A stretch of 64,000 nucleotides of DNA, from assembly GCF_964204645.1 (NCBI RefSeq), contig NC_134026.1, forward strand, positions 20,680,150-20,744,149. The letters run 5' to 3'. The notes beneath the pieces were generated by a model. It did not search any database, was not told the DNA's origin, and saw only the letters and a list, made by a program, of their open reading frames with translations. The position numbers and the translations under genes were made by a program. Origin of the DNA: Tubulanus polymorphus (taxonomy: Eukaryota; Animalia; Nemertea). Each line of letters starts with the position of its first letter. Positions within the stretch are counted from its first letter, which is position 1. Shown here in pieces: positions 1-13,400 of the stretch.

Positions 1-618
1 TGATCGAAACACGCAAAACACCACACGACGAGCGCGATTTCTTAATTATGAATCATATTTATGAAACATGAAACGCCTTTTACTCGCAAACCAGCGTTCA
101 AATTGGAACGAAATCACGGGACCGAATATGAGTTGTAACCTTCCTATATGTCGTGACAAGATAAACATCTTTGTTGCCGATGTTTACACGTTTCTCTTCT
201 CAATTAAGCGTGTCTAATTAAGTCAGCCCACCGTAAAAGCATCGCGTGTTTTCAGGTTTGAACACGGTGCGGCATCTTTTGACCTGTTTCGTTAGTAAAG
301 TGTAAGGCATCAATTATAAAACACGATCGTACATTTACTAACAAGATGTGCTTGTTTGTCACGTCATTATTCCCCTTTTCTGGGCGAAAGTTGTTTCGAT
401 AATTTTGGCTTATACCGCGCCTGTTCAAAGGATTTTGTTGTTTAATTAATATCATTGACTCCCGTTTTAAAGTAGAAACATTAAGTCTGGTGTTTTTATT
501 TCGAAAACATCCTTGAATGCCTGTTTCATTGTTAACTTAAAATATATTTCAGTAAAGCAGTATTGACTTAGGCCCCATAACTCGGAGATTGACAAATCTG
601 ACATAATGATATAGATAA

Positions 619-815
619 GGCTAAAACAAATGGTACCTTGTTACTGCTGATCGGCGGGGTCATTTTGTAAATCGCTATTAAATTTGTGATCTGTTCATTT
701 CTATAGCTGCCGGGTCTGTTATGGTTAATGATGATTTTTTTTTAGTAATCTACGGTGCAGATAGACTAACTAACCTTAGCAGAAATTAGAAACAAGGTAC
801 CAATTTCTTTTAGCC
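619..815. mobile_element. Short non-autonomous element (MITE) with ~24-bp terminal inverted repeats
   Basis: Left end ggctaaaacaaatggtaccttgtt; right end aacaaggtaccaatttcttttagcc (reverse complement ggctaaaagaaattggtaccttgtt). No coding capacity. Confidence 0.55.
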
Positions 816-1749
816 CAAGCCACGTTATGCCTTTAGATTTGATTCAAATCAATGTAACTGATAATTATTGTTGTTGAACCAACATAAAACGTCACCCGTC
901 TTCTAATAAGCTGTACTCGAATTGATTTGGATTTCTCTGATAGGTTTAGAAATTTGTAGGATGAGATGAAAGACTGACACTTCAACACAATGTTCAACCC
1001 ACACATTACCCCAGTCCTTGTCTCATACTGCCGATTCGTGAAGTGACCTCTTATTTTATTGAAGACGTGTTTATTTGATTGATGATGGTAGAAATCATTA
1101 TCAAATCACGAACTTTCTATCATGTATACTAGCTCAATTATTTATATGATGTAGTAAATAAGATATTCTCTGGACACCTTGGAAATTTTCTATGAGCTGA
1201 TGGTAAGGCTATAAGTCTCTCTCTCACTCAAGACAAATCTCAAGTGATAAGCTTTTTTCTCCACTTAATGCCGATAGACGATAGTACTGTATATAAAGAA
1301 GTCGCGATTTTGTTCGCCCGAGGCAGGTCATTATCAACGCCTCGACGTGCTGACAGAAGTAAACTATCCGGCGTATGCACACAAACTTTATCCGAATCAG
1401 AAATATAATTGCTTTCTGTCAGGTTATACCAACCAGCCGGAACAGGTGAAGTTGCGCGAGCTACACTGTCTGCCGCTCTCATTGTCGGTACACCGGAGGA
1501 TGGTCGGGGGCGCGGGCGTTTTGACGAACGAATTATCCGGTAATTTCAGCTCGTATATGAATGTCGTTTAATAATGCTATCTAAAATCTTTAGTCATATG
1601 TCGCCCGAGGTCGATTTTCCGCGAACCAATTTTTTGCTCAGTGCATATAGTTCTTTTCTCGTGGATGCCAGCGTTGTGGAATGTCAACTGAGCACTTTCC
1701 AAAGAGCGGCTGAAAAACGTTTGAAAGAAAGCGGGGTGTAGTCAATGGT

Positions 1750-1935
1750 TCATGGATTCCCTAATCCTGGTAAAGGCCATCCGACTTTCTTGGTCGAATA
1801 TCCTTCTCCATCCTCCCTCGGCAGGGATTCGAACCTGATGATATCAGCTATACTCAGCCCCGGCACGAAACCCTGCCACACTAGACCGGGTGCGCGGGTA
1901 CATTCGCAGGTTTGCCACAAAGCCTGCGGCACGAA
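1750..1935 (-). repeat. GC-rich structured island with Pol III B-box (possible tRNA-derived SINE fragment)
   Basis: Minus strand contains GGTTCGAATCCC (B-box) and stable hairpins GGCAGGGTTTCG/CGAATCCCTGCC and GCAGGCTTTG/CAAACCTGC. No complete tRNA cloverleaf found. Confidence 0.3.
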
Positions 1936-3009
1936 TCAGATTGCTTGTTGCATATATTGCTTATGCAAATTTCACAAACTCAGATTCAAATCTTTATTCA
2001 GCATAAACAAGTGCACTGTTTGCGACTGACATTCATACATATATACATGTTACAACAAAGTGTGAAATATAATAATCTTCATCTGGTGAACCAAGAACCG
2101 ATAGAAACAGAAACAAATATGATAGACTATGTATGGTTTGAAAATTTAACAAAAATACTATTCAGATGTTTGGGTATACAATATACATATACATATATAT
2201 ATACAATGGTAGTTTCACGGAGAAGGAAAATCCGACCTAAAATAAAACGGGATTTCTGATTGGCTAATAATGACATCATCTGAACTGCGCATGTAGCTGC
2301 AGGTAACTTTGAATCGATCCAAAATTGTCGAGAGGACCCACGAAGTCTTGCATTATGCAGTAAAGCCTACGTGTACGTATAAACGATGCACACCGAATTT
2401 GCCTCGTTACGCCAAGTGTAGCATCGAACACGCTTAATCTATTTTATGTTCCAATAATCGCGGCTGGTTACTACGAGCAGTCGCAATCGGCATCAATGAG
2501 AAAGAGAAAAAAAACAAGATTGAGCAATTCACACCGACAATCGACGGTCGTCATTATTGAAGACATTTTGTCATCGAAAGTGCCCTACTTGACGACAACC
2601 GCACGGGGTATCGTAAATTCTCGGGTTTAGCGGTGGACCACTTGGCGTGTTACGATGATCTACCACTACCCCGCATCCTGCCAGATGGTGTAGATGTCGG
2701 GCTATTATCGTCCCGAGGGAAAAACGTCGAATTAACAGCGATTTGATGGCGATTTTCCGCGCAACGATTATTAAGAAATCGACGATAAAGGCCGTGATTT
2801 GTAATCGCCGTCGTCTAATACCCCACTTAGAGAGTAGTCGAATAAAACGCTATAATCCGTGTAAACTGTGTAGATGAATTAAGAAATGCCACAATATACT
2901 ATCATATGATGATACACTTCATTAAAACGAAACCACAACGCTTAGGCCGTTGTTCCATTCCACAAGTACTCTTTTATCAGATCGAAGAATCCGTTTGCCT
3001 TCAATCGTA

Positions 3010-3290
3010 CTCTATATTGGTCACGTGACCTTTTGGATAGTCCGAAACCTCCTTTCTGTCGAGGTGGTGTGAATCGGATTTCGTGTGGAGCCAACCGGAG
3101 ATTTCGGATGGAGACTTCGGAGGTCATAAAATAGTACGCACCTGATGATGGCTGTAAGTCAACGACCGAAACGCTGTGGCTTCGTTTCAATAAATTGTAT
3201 CATAAAAATTCTATCGTGGTACTTCTGAATTCACCCGCTTACAGTTTTCTTATTACATTTCGTAGCCACATGTCTAGAATTCCAATCAAA
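3010..3290 (+). mobile_element. Penelope-like element pseudo-LTR remnant with degenerate minimal hammerhead motif
   Basis: ggtcacgtgacc (3019-3030), then cac-CTGATGA-t-ggctgt/aagtca/acgacc-GAAACGCT-gtg (3139-3178) followed by AATAAA (3189-3194); this order is typical of PLE termini. Confidence 0.5.
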
Positions 3291-4493
3291 CATCCACGAC
3301 TCTGACTCATTATACATGTATAATACATATGATGTTTGTTCGAAACGCATTGCGGTGATTACGGTAAACGGTAAGATAGGCCAAATGTCAGGAACAATGT
3401 CGACCTCCACTTCATAAAGCGATGTCCTCGACGTTAATGCACGTAGGGGAGCTTACAGCTTTTACCCGAGAGATAATCCTTACCTAGACACATTAAACAC
3501 TCGTCGCACAAAGAAAATAATAGCCGCCGTCTGTAGACCTGACATGTCAAGTAATACGTCGGCGCTGTCTCCATCATACTCACATCCACCTGAGAGACTA
3601 GATTTTCGAAATACCATTCTAAAAGATCGATTTAAAAGACTGGCAAACGTTTTTATCGATTGAACCATGGATTAAGAATTGAAAGTTGAACTCAAAAATG
3701 GATGATGGAGTTTTGCTATGAATAAATGACAATGACAATTTCCATTTTCCGTTTTGATGGTAATAACTTGTTCCGTAGCTTATATATGCATGTGCATCAG
3801 CCGAGATTTGGATTTAAATCTACTCGGGTTAAACCATGATTGTGTTATAAAGCACGTAGGCGTTTGTATTCGGTATTTTGTCAGTGACTGCAGATCTGAC
3901 ACAAGCAACGATGGTCGTTTTCTAACTCAAATTCTCTCGGTTGATTCGATGCGATAGTGCACACGTAGTACACAGATGCGTTCTGTTTACCGTGGGTACC
4001 TTGGAATAAACTAGTTTTCTCATTTTTTTCCGAGTTACAAAAGCAGAATTAATCTCAAAATCACCTTTAACTAAGAAAACGAGTTTATTCCGAGTTAGAA
4101 ACAACTCGGAATAAACCTCTAAAAATCCATTTCAACTAAAACAAAAGTTAATGCCTAGGTACGAACTCAGAAAAAACCTCGAATAAACTTCAATTTTTAA
4201 AAATAGATAGATGTTTGTCCCTAGGACGCTTTCGTATGTACCCATCTTCTTTATCAGGGAAACATCAGCAATAACGTATATGAATCGATGAATTCTGTAT
4301 GAACACTACTAACGCAGATATATACAACTGGTTCTACGTAACAATGTCGCAATACTCGTTAGGATACGGTGTATCTAACGCCCTATCCGTTAGAACGATG
4401 ATCAAGGTGACCTCATAGCCGAGGAACTGTGTCGAATTCAAAAAGTTGTCTCGACAAAATTTAGCTATCGCCCCTAGAAACAACATATCCAAA

Positions 4494-7400
4494 ATGCAAT
4501 GGGCCCATGGTAATTTTTCGGAGTTCGAGTATGAGCCCGAGATCCGTTGTCGCCTATGGCTTGTCTTCTTCAAGTTCGCAGACATTCCTCGGACAATCGA
4601 CAATCTAACAACGCCATCGATATCATTCTTGAATATCATCATCTTTTGTCGTTTCAGATACCGCGGTGTTAGTTGAGTGTGAAATTCACCAAAACAATGG
4701 CCTCGGAGGCAGTCAAGAAGAGATCTCGTTGGACGTCAGCAAATGTTCACGGGAGAGCCCTGAACATCATATTATTACTTCGAACGGTCGACCGTCGTCG
4801 ATGATAGAAGACGGCAATGGAATTATACTCGAGGACCTGCAGATAACTGCTCATAAACTCGACGAAAAATACCGATTCCACGCGTTCGTGTCGTACAACG
4901 CCAACGACAGGCCGTGGGTAGAAAACGTCGTCAAAAGACTAGAAGGCGAGCCGTACTGTTTTCAGCTGTGTTTCGACGAACGGGACTTCGATCGGAAAGT
5001 GTCCGAGATTCAGAACATCGTATGCTCGATCATGTTGAGCGAACGAATCGTGATCATATTATCGCCGAGCTACGTGGACAACTCGTGGCAACAATACGAA
5101 GACACTATTGCCCACATCACGTCGATATCTCAACACAAACAACGAGTGGTCCTCGTCGTTCTGGAAGAATGCGAAATTCCCGACGCGCTGAAGTCGTTGA
5201 ATTTCATCTACGCTCAGAACAAGAACCACTGGAATAGACTGCTGCTGTCGCTGAGACATGGTTTGTATCATATTCCGATGCGGGGTTAAGTTCCTAGGCA
5301 ATAATCATACGCTATACACACCGCACCCCCTCGGCTTACCTGACTTCGCCCCGTGTTTTTGTTCGTTTGAAATTTAACCGTCACCTTGCCCTTGTTAACG
5401 GTTTAATCTTGTCAGTTTAGAAGTCTGTGAAATCGTATCCCATACATGAAATATGAATAGAAAGAACATCGCTTAAACTTTAAGAGCATTATGCGCCGCC
5501 TCTAACACCACTTCATGCCATCTTTCTATCCACATCTTTTAAGTTCTTTATCGGATACATATATCGTGTATAGAGGCAGACATATTCAAAAACTCCTTAA
5601 CATCTGATTTTCCTCATAAACGCTCGCGGTGCTCCGACTAGTTTTGCCCAACATAAATGTACGCGTAAAGGCCAAATTCAAAACAGACGAAATCTCGACG
5701 AATCAATTGAGATCGATTCTAATTTAACAACCGATTTTTCTTTCATGAACTACTATGATTTTCTACTCGAAACTCGAAGCAATTGATTAATTTATCTCAA
5801 TTAATTCGAGGATAGAAACAGAGAGAATTGCGACACGTTGTGATTTCACTGGCGACGGTATATAAGACCGTAATGAGCTTACGGGGTATATTTCGAAAGC
5901 GTTATTCGTCGGATAAGATATTCGAATATCGGTACAATATAAACGAACGTTGTTTAGCGTTGATTGATCAGCGTTTGTAACAGTTGTAGCGCTGGAATTT
6001 ACGCAGCGTGAATTCTTTGAATCGAGTTTGTAAATAGGCAGGTGTCATGGTTACTAGAAGGTTTTCCGTCTTGAATGGGCCACATTTCTCATTCTTGAAT
6101 TCTGGAAAAAGATAGTAAAAATAGCCATTTATCGATGCCAACGGAGCAGCAAGCCAGAGCTATTTCCGACGTCAAAACAAGCGTGCAGGGGGAACCAGTT
6201 AACTCTAATGCTGAATCTTGTCCATCATGAAGCATTAGCAATTGCTTCCTCGAAGCGCCGCGAGTTGCGTTCAGTGCCTAAGCGCATAACCTTTTAGCAC
6301 TTTAAAGATGTATTGTAACTTCTCAATGCACAACGAAAGCTAAGCACTGCTTATAAAGTAAATATTTTGAGCAAGCTTTTACATAGTTTGTGTTGGTTTT
6401 GTTTTCAGATGGAGTCCACTCGAGCGAATCAACTAGTACAATGTGGTCGATCGTATCTACGCCTCTCGGTAAGTGCCGGACAGAACGTTAAAATGAAAGA
6501 AACGAGATTACGCTGACTTAGCGTTCTCATTTCGCGTCGACCCCGTCACATAATCATTTCTACCGTTACACGACCAGCTTTTAGCAAAATAAGCAATCCA
6601 ACATCGTCTTTGACTATAGATAAAACCATCGGAGGGTCGTCGGTGGTATTGATATGGCACTGACCCACAGACAAATACTACGTACGTAACAAGATAAATG
6701 AAATTCAACAATAGGAAGAAGGCAACGATTTTTGAAGCTTGATGAAAACATCATTGACCCGGGAATCAAATTTTGTGGCCGCATTCAGATCAGGTCATGC
6801 GTGCTCAATGATGCAATTGTTTGCTTACGAAATCATTCTGGTTGGCACATAAATACGTGTCATTTGTGCTAATGAAATCAAATCACGACTTCGTTGGGTT
6901 AATAACATTTTTAAGCTTATTTTGAAAACAGTTTAAAGCAAGCGATTCCTGAGTGCTAGAACTGGACAAAAGTAACAAAAGTAATTATTTGGATGTAAAC
7001 ACATAACTGTAACCTTTTTTAGTGTAAGTAACATTAGGTGTTGGAATACTATAATGGCGTTGTCTCGTGACTCGTCACTCAGCCCGCATTACTGTGTTTA
7101 GATATAGCAACGTACGTATCACATAAAAAGGTAAACAACGCGGGAAGTACATTGTATACATAATTTCCGGTTTCCGCTAGAAATATATGACTCCCCACCA
7201 TATTTCGATTGACAAGTGATACAGGTTTATTTTTGTTGATTTTTTTCTCATTTTCTGGTTAAGTTGATACGGGAATACTAGAATCTTTCGTGAGTTCCAT
7301 GAGTTTTAAACCATAACCGGGAATGGACCTACGAAGAATCCTGCCATAAAGTAGTATTGGCGTAATTGGCTAATAGGAAGGAATGTTTTAATTGCCTCAG

Positions 7401-10400
7401 TGCTGTGAAAGGTTGCATTCCGTGGGATAGACGAAGCTCGAGTTAAATATACGTGAATGAAATTAAATTTCGACCAGGCTCGTAGAAAGGAATTTTAATG
7501 GGCGGAAGAGAGCTTTGAGGAACCAATTATTTCCATAAACTTGTAAATGTGTAAACGAGTTCATCTCTCCTTATGATTAACTTAAAGGGTGTTCAATCCT
7601 GGCGCGTTATAAAAGTCTCGTTCTCCGTCGAGAATTAATTGTTTAACGACGACATCGCGTCGAATCATCGAACGCATCCCAAGCGGAATTAACAGATCAT
7701 CTCCTGTTAACTAATCAACGGTTCGCACACGTTGTCCTAGTAGTAAATCAATTAATGGTTGGCGGAATGACACGCGCAGTGATTCGCCGGAAGCCGACGG
7801 GTGAAGACGTGTCAGTGACAGCAGCGGAAATAATGTTCTCGCGGCGCGGCGCGCTCGACTCGACGAAATTACGGCGAATTCGCCGAAATCGAGTATCGAT
7901 CTTTATAAAATGACGAGTCTGAAAAGGCAAAACCGTAAAGAATAAAGAAATGAAGGTTGCGTGTCTGAAAAATATATAGCTTTGAAATATGTCCTTTGGG
8001 TTCGCCGCTAAACTCGTGTCGAAACTGAAGTTATTTTCCCATAGATTGAACGAGGAATTCATGAACCGGGTTGCGTTATGTTTAGGATGGGCTAAATATG
8101 ATATCGAAGTCAAGACGGACGACGAGTTCAAATTTCCGTAATGTCCGTGTTAAACAAAAGCGAATAAAATAATTGAACTTTCATCGATAAGTTAGTTCAT
8201 GGCAAATTTCTACTGTGCTTACTGGATTTCGTTGGAATTCCGCTGTGCTTACTAGATTTCGTTGGAATATACCGAAAAAGGGAAATGAAGGATACGACAT
8301 CTAACCGTTGGTATCCTTAAGGTTACATTATGGGACCTTAAGGATACAGCGTATCGTATGGTGAACGATACGCTGGTCCCTTGTGGCTAAGACGATTCGC
8401 GTCGTGCCAATTTCAGTTTCAATTTATTCATGATAAAACCAAAGTATAAGATTGTGAGTGAAGAAAAACAACAACAAACAAACAAAAACAGAAAGAATGC
8501 ACAATGAAAAAAAAGATAAAGGAGAAAGAGAAGTAATACAATATCTAATATACATACAATATTCTTAAGTGATATTTACAAGCCCTATATAAATTTCGCG
8601 ATATTTAAGAAGATTTGTTTATTGCCAGGTACGGATTGACAGGGCTCTGTGTGACCGCGGCTACTATACGTGGCCAATCATTAAATATATGTTCATGACA
8701 TTAGAAACCGACACGTCCGACAATTGACCGTATGTCATAAAAACAATTTGTAAGAGTTGTTTGCTTTATTTTCTCAAACAAATTCAGAAACGAGGTCCGG
8801 AAATATATGAATGATTAGGAATGAAATCTGGAATTTCTAAGAAACGAAACGTTCGATTGTAGTATCATATTGTTTATGAAAGAGTGGGGTAGGTGGTAGG
8901 TCCTGATCAGTGGCTCTGCTTCGAACCACTATAGCAGGGCCGCGTTCATCGTGTATATATATATGCACATATATTCCTTGTCGATTTGGGAAATTTCCGT
9001 CACAATCAACGAAACGCAAGGTGAATTCGGTACGTTAGCGATGATCATCACTTCTCGGTAGCCAATTCTCTGTAGAACCCAAACGTCGCAAATAGATCAA
9101 ATAAACTACACGCCACAATTGATGTCGAAAGTATGTTCCCCGGTTTATACTTGTCGCTCGCGATTGTGAGTGAGTGTGTGTATGTGTGCGGATATGACGA
9201 AGTAGCCGGGGATGTCACGATTCGATAGCATAATAACTGCAATCAGGCAGAATTTAAGACTAGCCATCGCGTCGAATCAGACTATCCATTTAGAAATCAA
9301 ATTGTCGGGTCTCAGTTAAGGGCTCTGGGGATATTTTATTTGCCACCATATACGTCTCTGTTTGTCTCGGGGGATGTTGAGCATATGATTCGAACATAGT
9401 TTCACGCAGAGAAAGTAATGAATTTTGCAGAATTCGCAATATTGCGTCGCTATGTGCGCATGTGCCTATATTGCAGATGTAGGTAAAAGGGTGTACAGAA
9501 ATAATGCCACCGGAAAAAATTCCACCAAATTTTGCAACATACGAAAAAAAATACTGGTAAAAATGCCACTTTTGCGTGGCTTGAATGAAATTATTCTGAT
9601 ACAAAAATAACTCTGTCCAGTGCTTTATTTCTACATTGAACATTTGACCTAGACCCCGTCTTGCAGAAGTTCGTATTTTCTAACGGGAACGGTGACGTTT
9701 GCTGCTATGTAAAAAAAAACTTTAGTTCAAAATCCCTCCTCGATGGCACGTCCGACCATCATACACATTCCTGCGTGGTTATATTTTCAGGTTTCAGTAA
9801 TGGACAGTTATTGGGCACGGTCAGCGCAGAAATTCATGGTTGTCTGAAATCGAGCCTCGTATTCAACAAAACCGAAGTACCCAATGCATTCTTCAGTCAA
9901 GAAATTAACGTACGTAGTTGTTTGGGCAAGTGTAAGTTTCCATCGGTTGAAGGACGTAGACAATTTATGCGTTGCGGGTGGATAAATTTGACTTTCAGTT
10001 TACGCTTAATGATAAATGCGGGGTATGAAAAAATGAATGAAAGATCAAATTTGACACTTTAGAATTATTGTTGCAGTTGAACACATCCACTTTCCCGGGA
10101 ACCATCTTCGTGCGTGTCGAGATTATTTTTCACGAAATCCATGTCTGCCACGCAGAAATGCGAGATCTTCGATAATCAATAACGGTTCAGCATCTATCCG
10201 TCTGCAGAAATGAAATGGATTTGATGGATTTGAATTTTCGGAGTAAAACTATACCACCACTTATATAGAAACCGATTGTCGCGAAATAGAAAAAAATTAT
10301 CGGCAATGCCTTTTTCGAAATTGCGTTATACCGATGGCGCGTGTGAATATATTTCGTATTTATAGTTTCGAAAAGATGTGGATCCACGCGAGACGGGTTT

Positions 10401-13400
10401 TAACTGTCGCAAAGTGGTATATAGTTAATGATTTATTCGTCCGCAAGCGAAGCCGGCGGCAATGGGGAGGGATTTGCGACGCTTTCCCGGCAATCCGTAA
10501 CCGATATACCAACCTTTAATCCAATAGAGAAACTTAACGCCGGCGACAACACGCGCGACATCGGCGACTATATCGTATAACAGCGTTTTGAGTGTGTATT
10601 AGAGAAAAGCGAAAAACTTTCGAGAGAAAATGAAGCGCTTCGGGCGTGGTTATAATTGCTTGTTTCGACAACAAAAACATCGTATCGGCCCGTAGCGATC
10701 GTGTTACGGGCGTTTATCGCGAACTGATGAAATGTAACTTCGTCCCTTGTTGTCGTTTTGATGGAAATTATGATGGAATTATTGACTGACGCACGCTCAT
10801 ACATCGGTTAATATCGGCAGTTAGTTCGTCGACTGTTCGAAACCTTATTATCTGTTCGGCGTCGTCGTCGTGTACGTGGTTCGTTAACTGGATCACAACC
10901 GCGGTGTGTGTTCATCGTTCAACTTAATACTTCGTCACAGATATGCGCGAATCATTAAATAATTAATACTTAGCCGTCGCCGTATATTCATCGGCGCGTC
11001 ATTCCGTTTATAGATTTCCCATTTATGAAAGACGAAGAAGCCAGGGCAACACCGATAACTTGCGGCATTCGTATTCTTTGAGAAAGCCTCGCACTAAAGA
11101 AAATTACTAAATCATCAATATTGGCTACATTGAAATACGTTTAATTACAATAGGGACGTTTCCAGTTACCAGACGCCTTTCTCACGATACATGACTTTAA
11201 TTTTTGTGTTAAAAGGGAGATGGAAGACAATAATTCGCGCTAAAGGTTTTACTGTAAAAGAATGTTAAAATTTGTCCAACATTATACGGAACCTGTGGGA
11301 CCGCCTCGAAATGGCGCCTGGTAACTGGCAACTTCCCATCGTGAAATTAAAATTCCCGGCAAATGAAACTTTACCAGGTTTGTTTATCATGTGAGATTTG
11401 AGAAAATTATTACATCCGGCGATGGCCCCTGGGTGTTCATGAATTTCTCTCCTTAATTCAATATATGTATCTAAATTCCGAGTATCTCCACAGTTCATTA
11501 TGGTGCTTAATATCAATCGCCTACGTATCTATTATTTACAGATTACTGACGGTGAATACGTGAAGCTAATTGAAGGTCTAGGATGCGAAGATTACGGTCG
11601 TTTACTGTCGTGGATACATTCAACCGTCCCTACTATCATTCTGTTATCGTTTTTCGCCGCTTGGTGCGTCGCTTTCATCTGTATCATAGTCTTATTCCCC
11701 GAAAATACTCCCAGTAAGTATTACAGCTAACATGGAAATGATATTTCTATGATTCACTCGAAAAGCTTGGAATAATCTGGCACGTATGATAAAACTATCG
11801 TTTAAACTTTCCGTTGGAACATCGAGTTTTTCGAGCGAATGACTTCATATATCGCAATATAAAATCGGTCCCCGCGTATGATCCCTCGGCACATTCTGAT
11901 GATATCGCCGTCTTGACTTAAGTTTCCGTCGAATTACTGGACCATCGATCGGGGTGTGAGCGAGCTGTATAGATGACAGGAACCCGTGTGAGATAGATAG
12001 ATTAAACTCGATCGATCTCTTCTTCTGTCGTAAGGTGTAATTTCCTTTTAGTCAGTATACACCCCCAGATTCATCGAGGCCACTTAACGACAAGATACCG
12101 TCATCTGAAGAGCTGCGTTGATGAAGAGCCCTTCAGGCGCTAATTCGGGTCCCTATTAACGGGTTCTTTCGCATCATCGCCAGATTTCCGGGATCGCCTT
12201 TCGGTTTGAACGAGATTCATTTGCGCGCTTTAATAGCATCGACAATCTGAAATGATGGTTCAAACCTCGATGTGTTATGAAAATCTATATTCTGTCAAAT
12301 TTACGCTACTGACGTCAGAAAAAGAATTGATCTTTCCATCTTTTGATAAATAATCAACAGTTGACGGGCAAAATGCATCTAGTGATTCATTTTAGAGACG
12401 ACCCATACCACGATTGCGTTGTGAGTTAAAATTAGGTTCATTTCCAAATATTCGATTTTAAAGATCCTTAGATCTAAATAACCTTGTAGAACTAGGTCAT
12501 GTATAGAAAAAATTAATGATTGATTTACGCTCCAACCTGAGCAGTCAACCTAATAATCAAACCTTTAGGAAGAAGGTGTATCCCAGTTCAGGTATGCCAG
12601 TACATCCTTGCCGAATATTAAAAGGAATCCTCCACCGTGTTTGGTACCCTTACTCCAGACAAGAACAATCCTATTTCATCATAACTTAAAGCCTATACTA
12701 AAACTATTGCAACGTTTATGTGACAACTTTTTCATTCTAGGTATTATTTTTGGGGCCCTGCCCTATACGCATATTCAAGCTACTAACCTAATTGTGGTCT
12801 TTTACCATCAAATTATCATAATTGTATTTAGATGATGAGATGATCTGTATTTGATTATAGGTACACTCCCTGTTCGTTTATGCGTTTTTGTACTGCCCGC
12901 TATTCTGATAGTGGGTGGATGTTTTCTCCGGTGGCGAAAGGTCAGACAGGGTAAAGAAGAGGTAAGTCTTCGAATTTTATTCACACATGCTACATTTGAG
13001 TCGTGTTGAAAATATGCTATTTCCAAGAATTTCAAATCGTTGATCTTGCTGTTTACCAAGATAATGTCCTCAGAAATGGGGATATCTGCAGTTCATCAGT
13101 TTACTTTTACATTTATATTTTTACATGCCTTATAAAAGTATCATTTCTTTCAGTTTTCTGTGAACATGTTCAGTCGAAGCGTTTTGATAAACAGAGATTT
13201 ATATTTGCAAAGTCGACCAGTCATTGCATCCACTTCCAGGACCAAAGACGATCATTTTAATGTATCCTTTCAATTACATTACACTGATTTTAGGCAACTT
13301 AACGCTTAAAAAAGAAAATGTTCAGCGGCCTAAGGAAATGACATTGCTGCATTACACTGCGCATGTACATTAATAGTTTTCCGAATTTTGGAGGCATGTG

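Noticed and set aside
1820-1877. Type III hammerhead (GGCAGGG..CTGATGA..GAAACCCTGCC) or HDV-like ribozyme on the minus strand
   Set aside because: No U at 16.1 and no proper stem I or II next to the core. For the HDV reading only a P4-CGAAT-like half exists, with no upstream P1/P2 partners.
1815-1900. tRNA gene
   Set aside because: Only a B-box is present; no acceptor/D/anticodon stems could be folded.
8988-8998. NF-kB site GGGAAATTTCC in a TIR-gene intron
   Set aside because: A single short match without conservation data; could be chance.
4658-11713. Toll-like or IL-1 receptor
   Set aside because: The TIR is N-terminal to the TM helices and there is no signal peptide or LRR/Ig exon.
12440-12810. 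CR1-like LINE remnant on the minus strand
   Set aside because: Only faint, frameshifted similarity (RAPKIIPRMKKLSH); too weak to call without a search.
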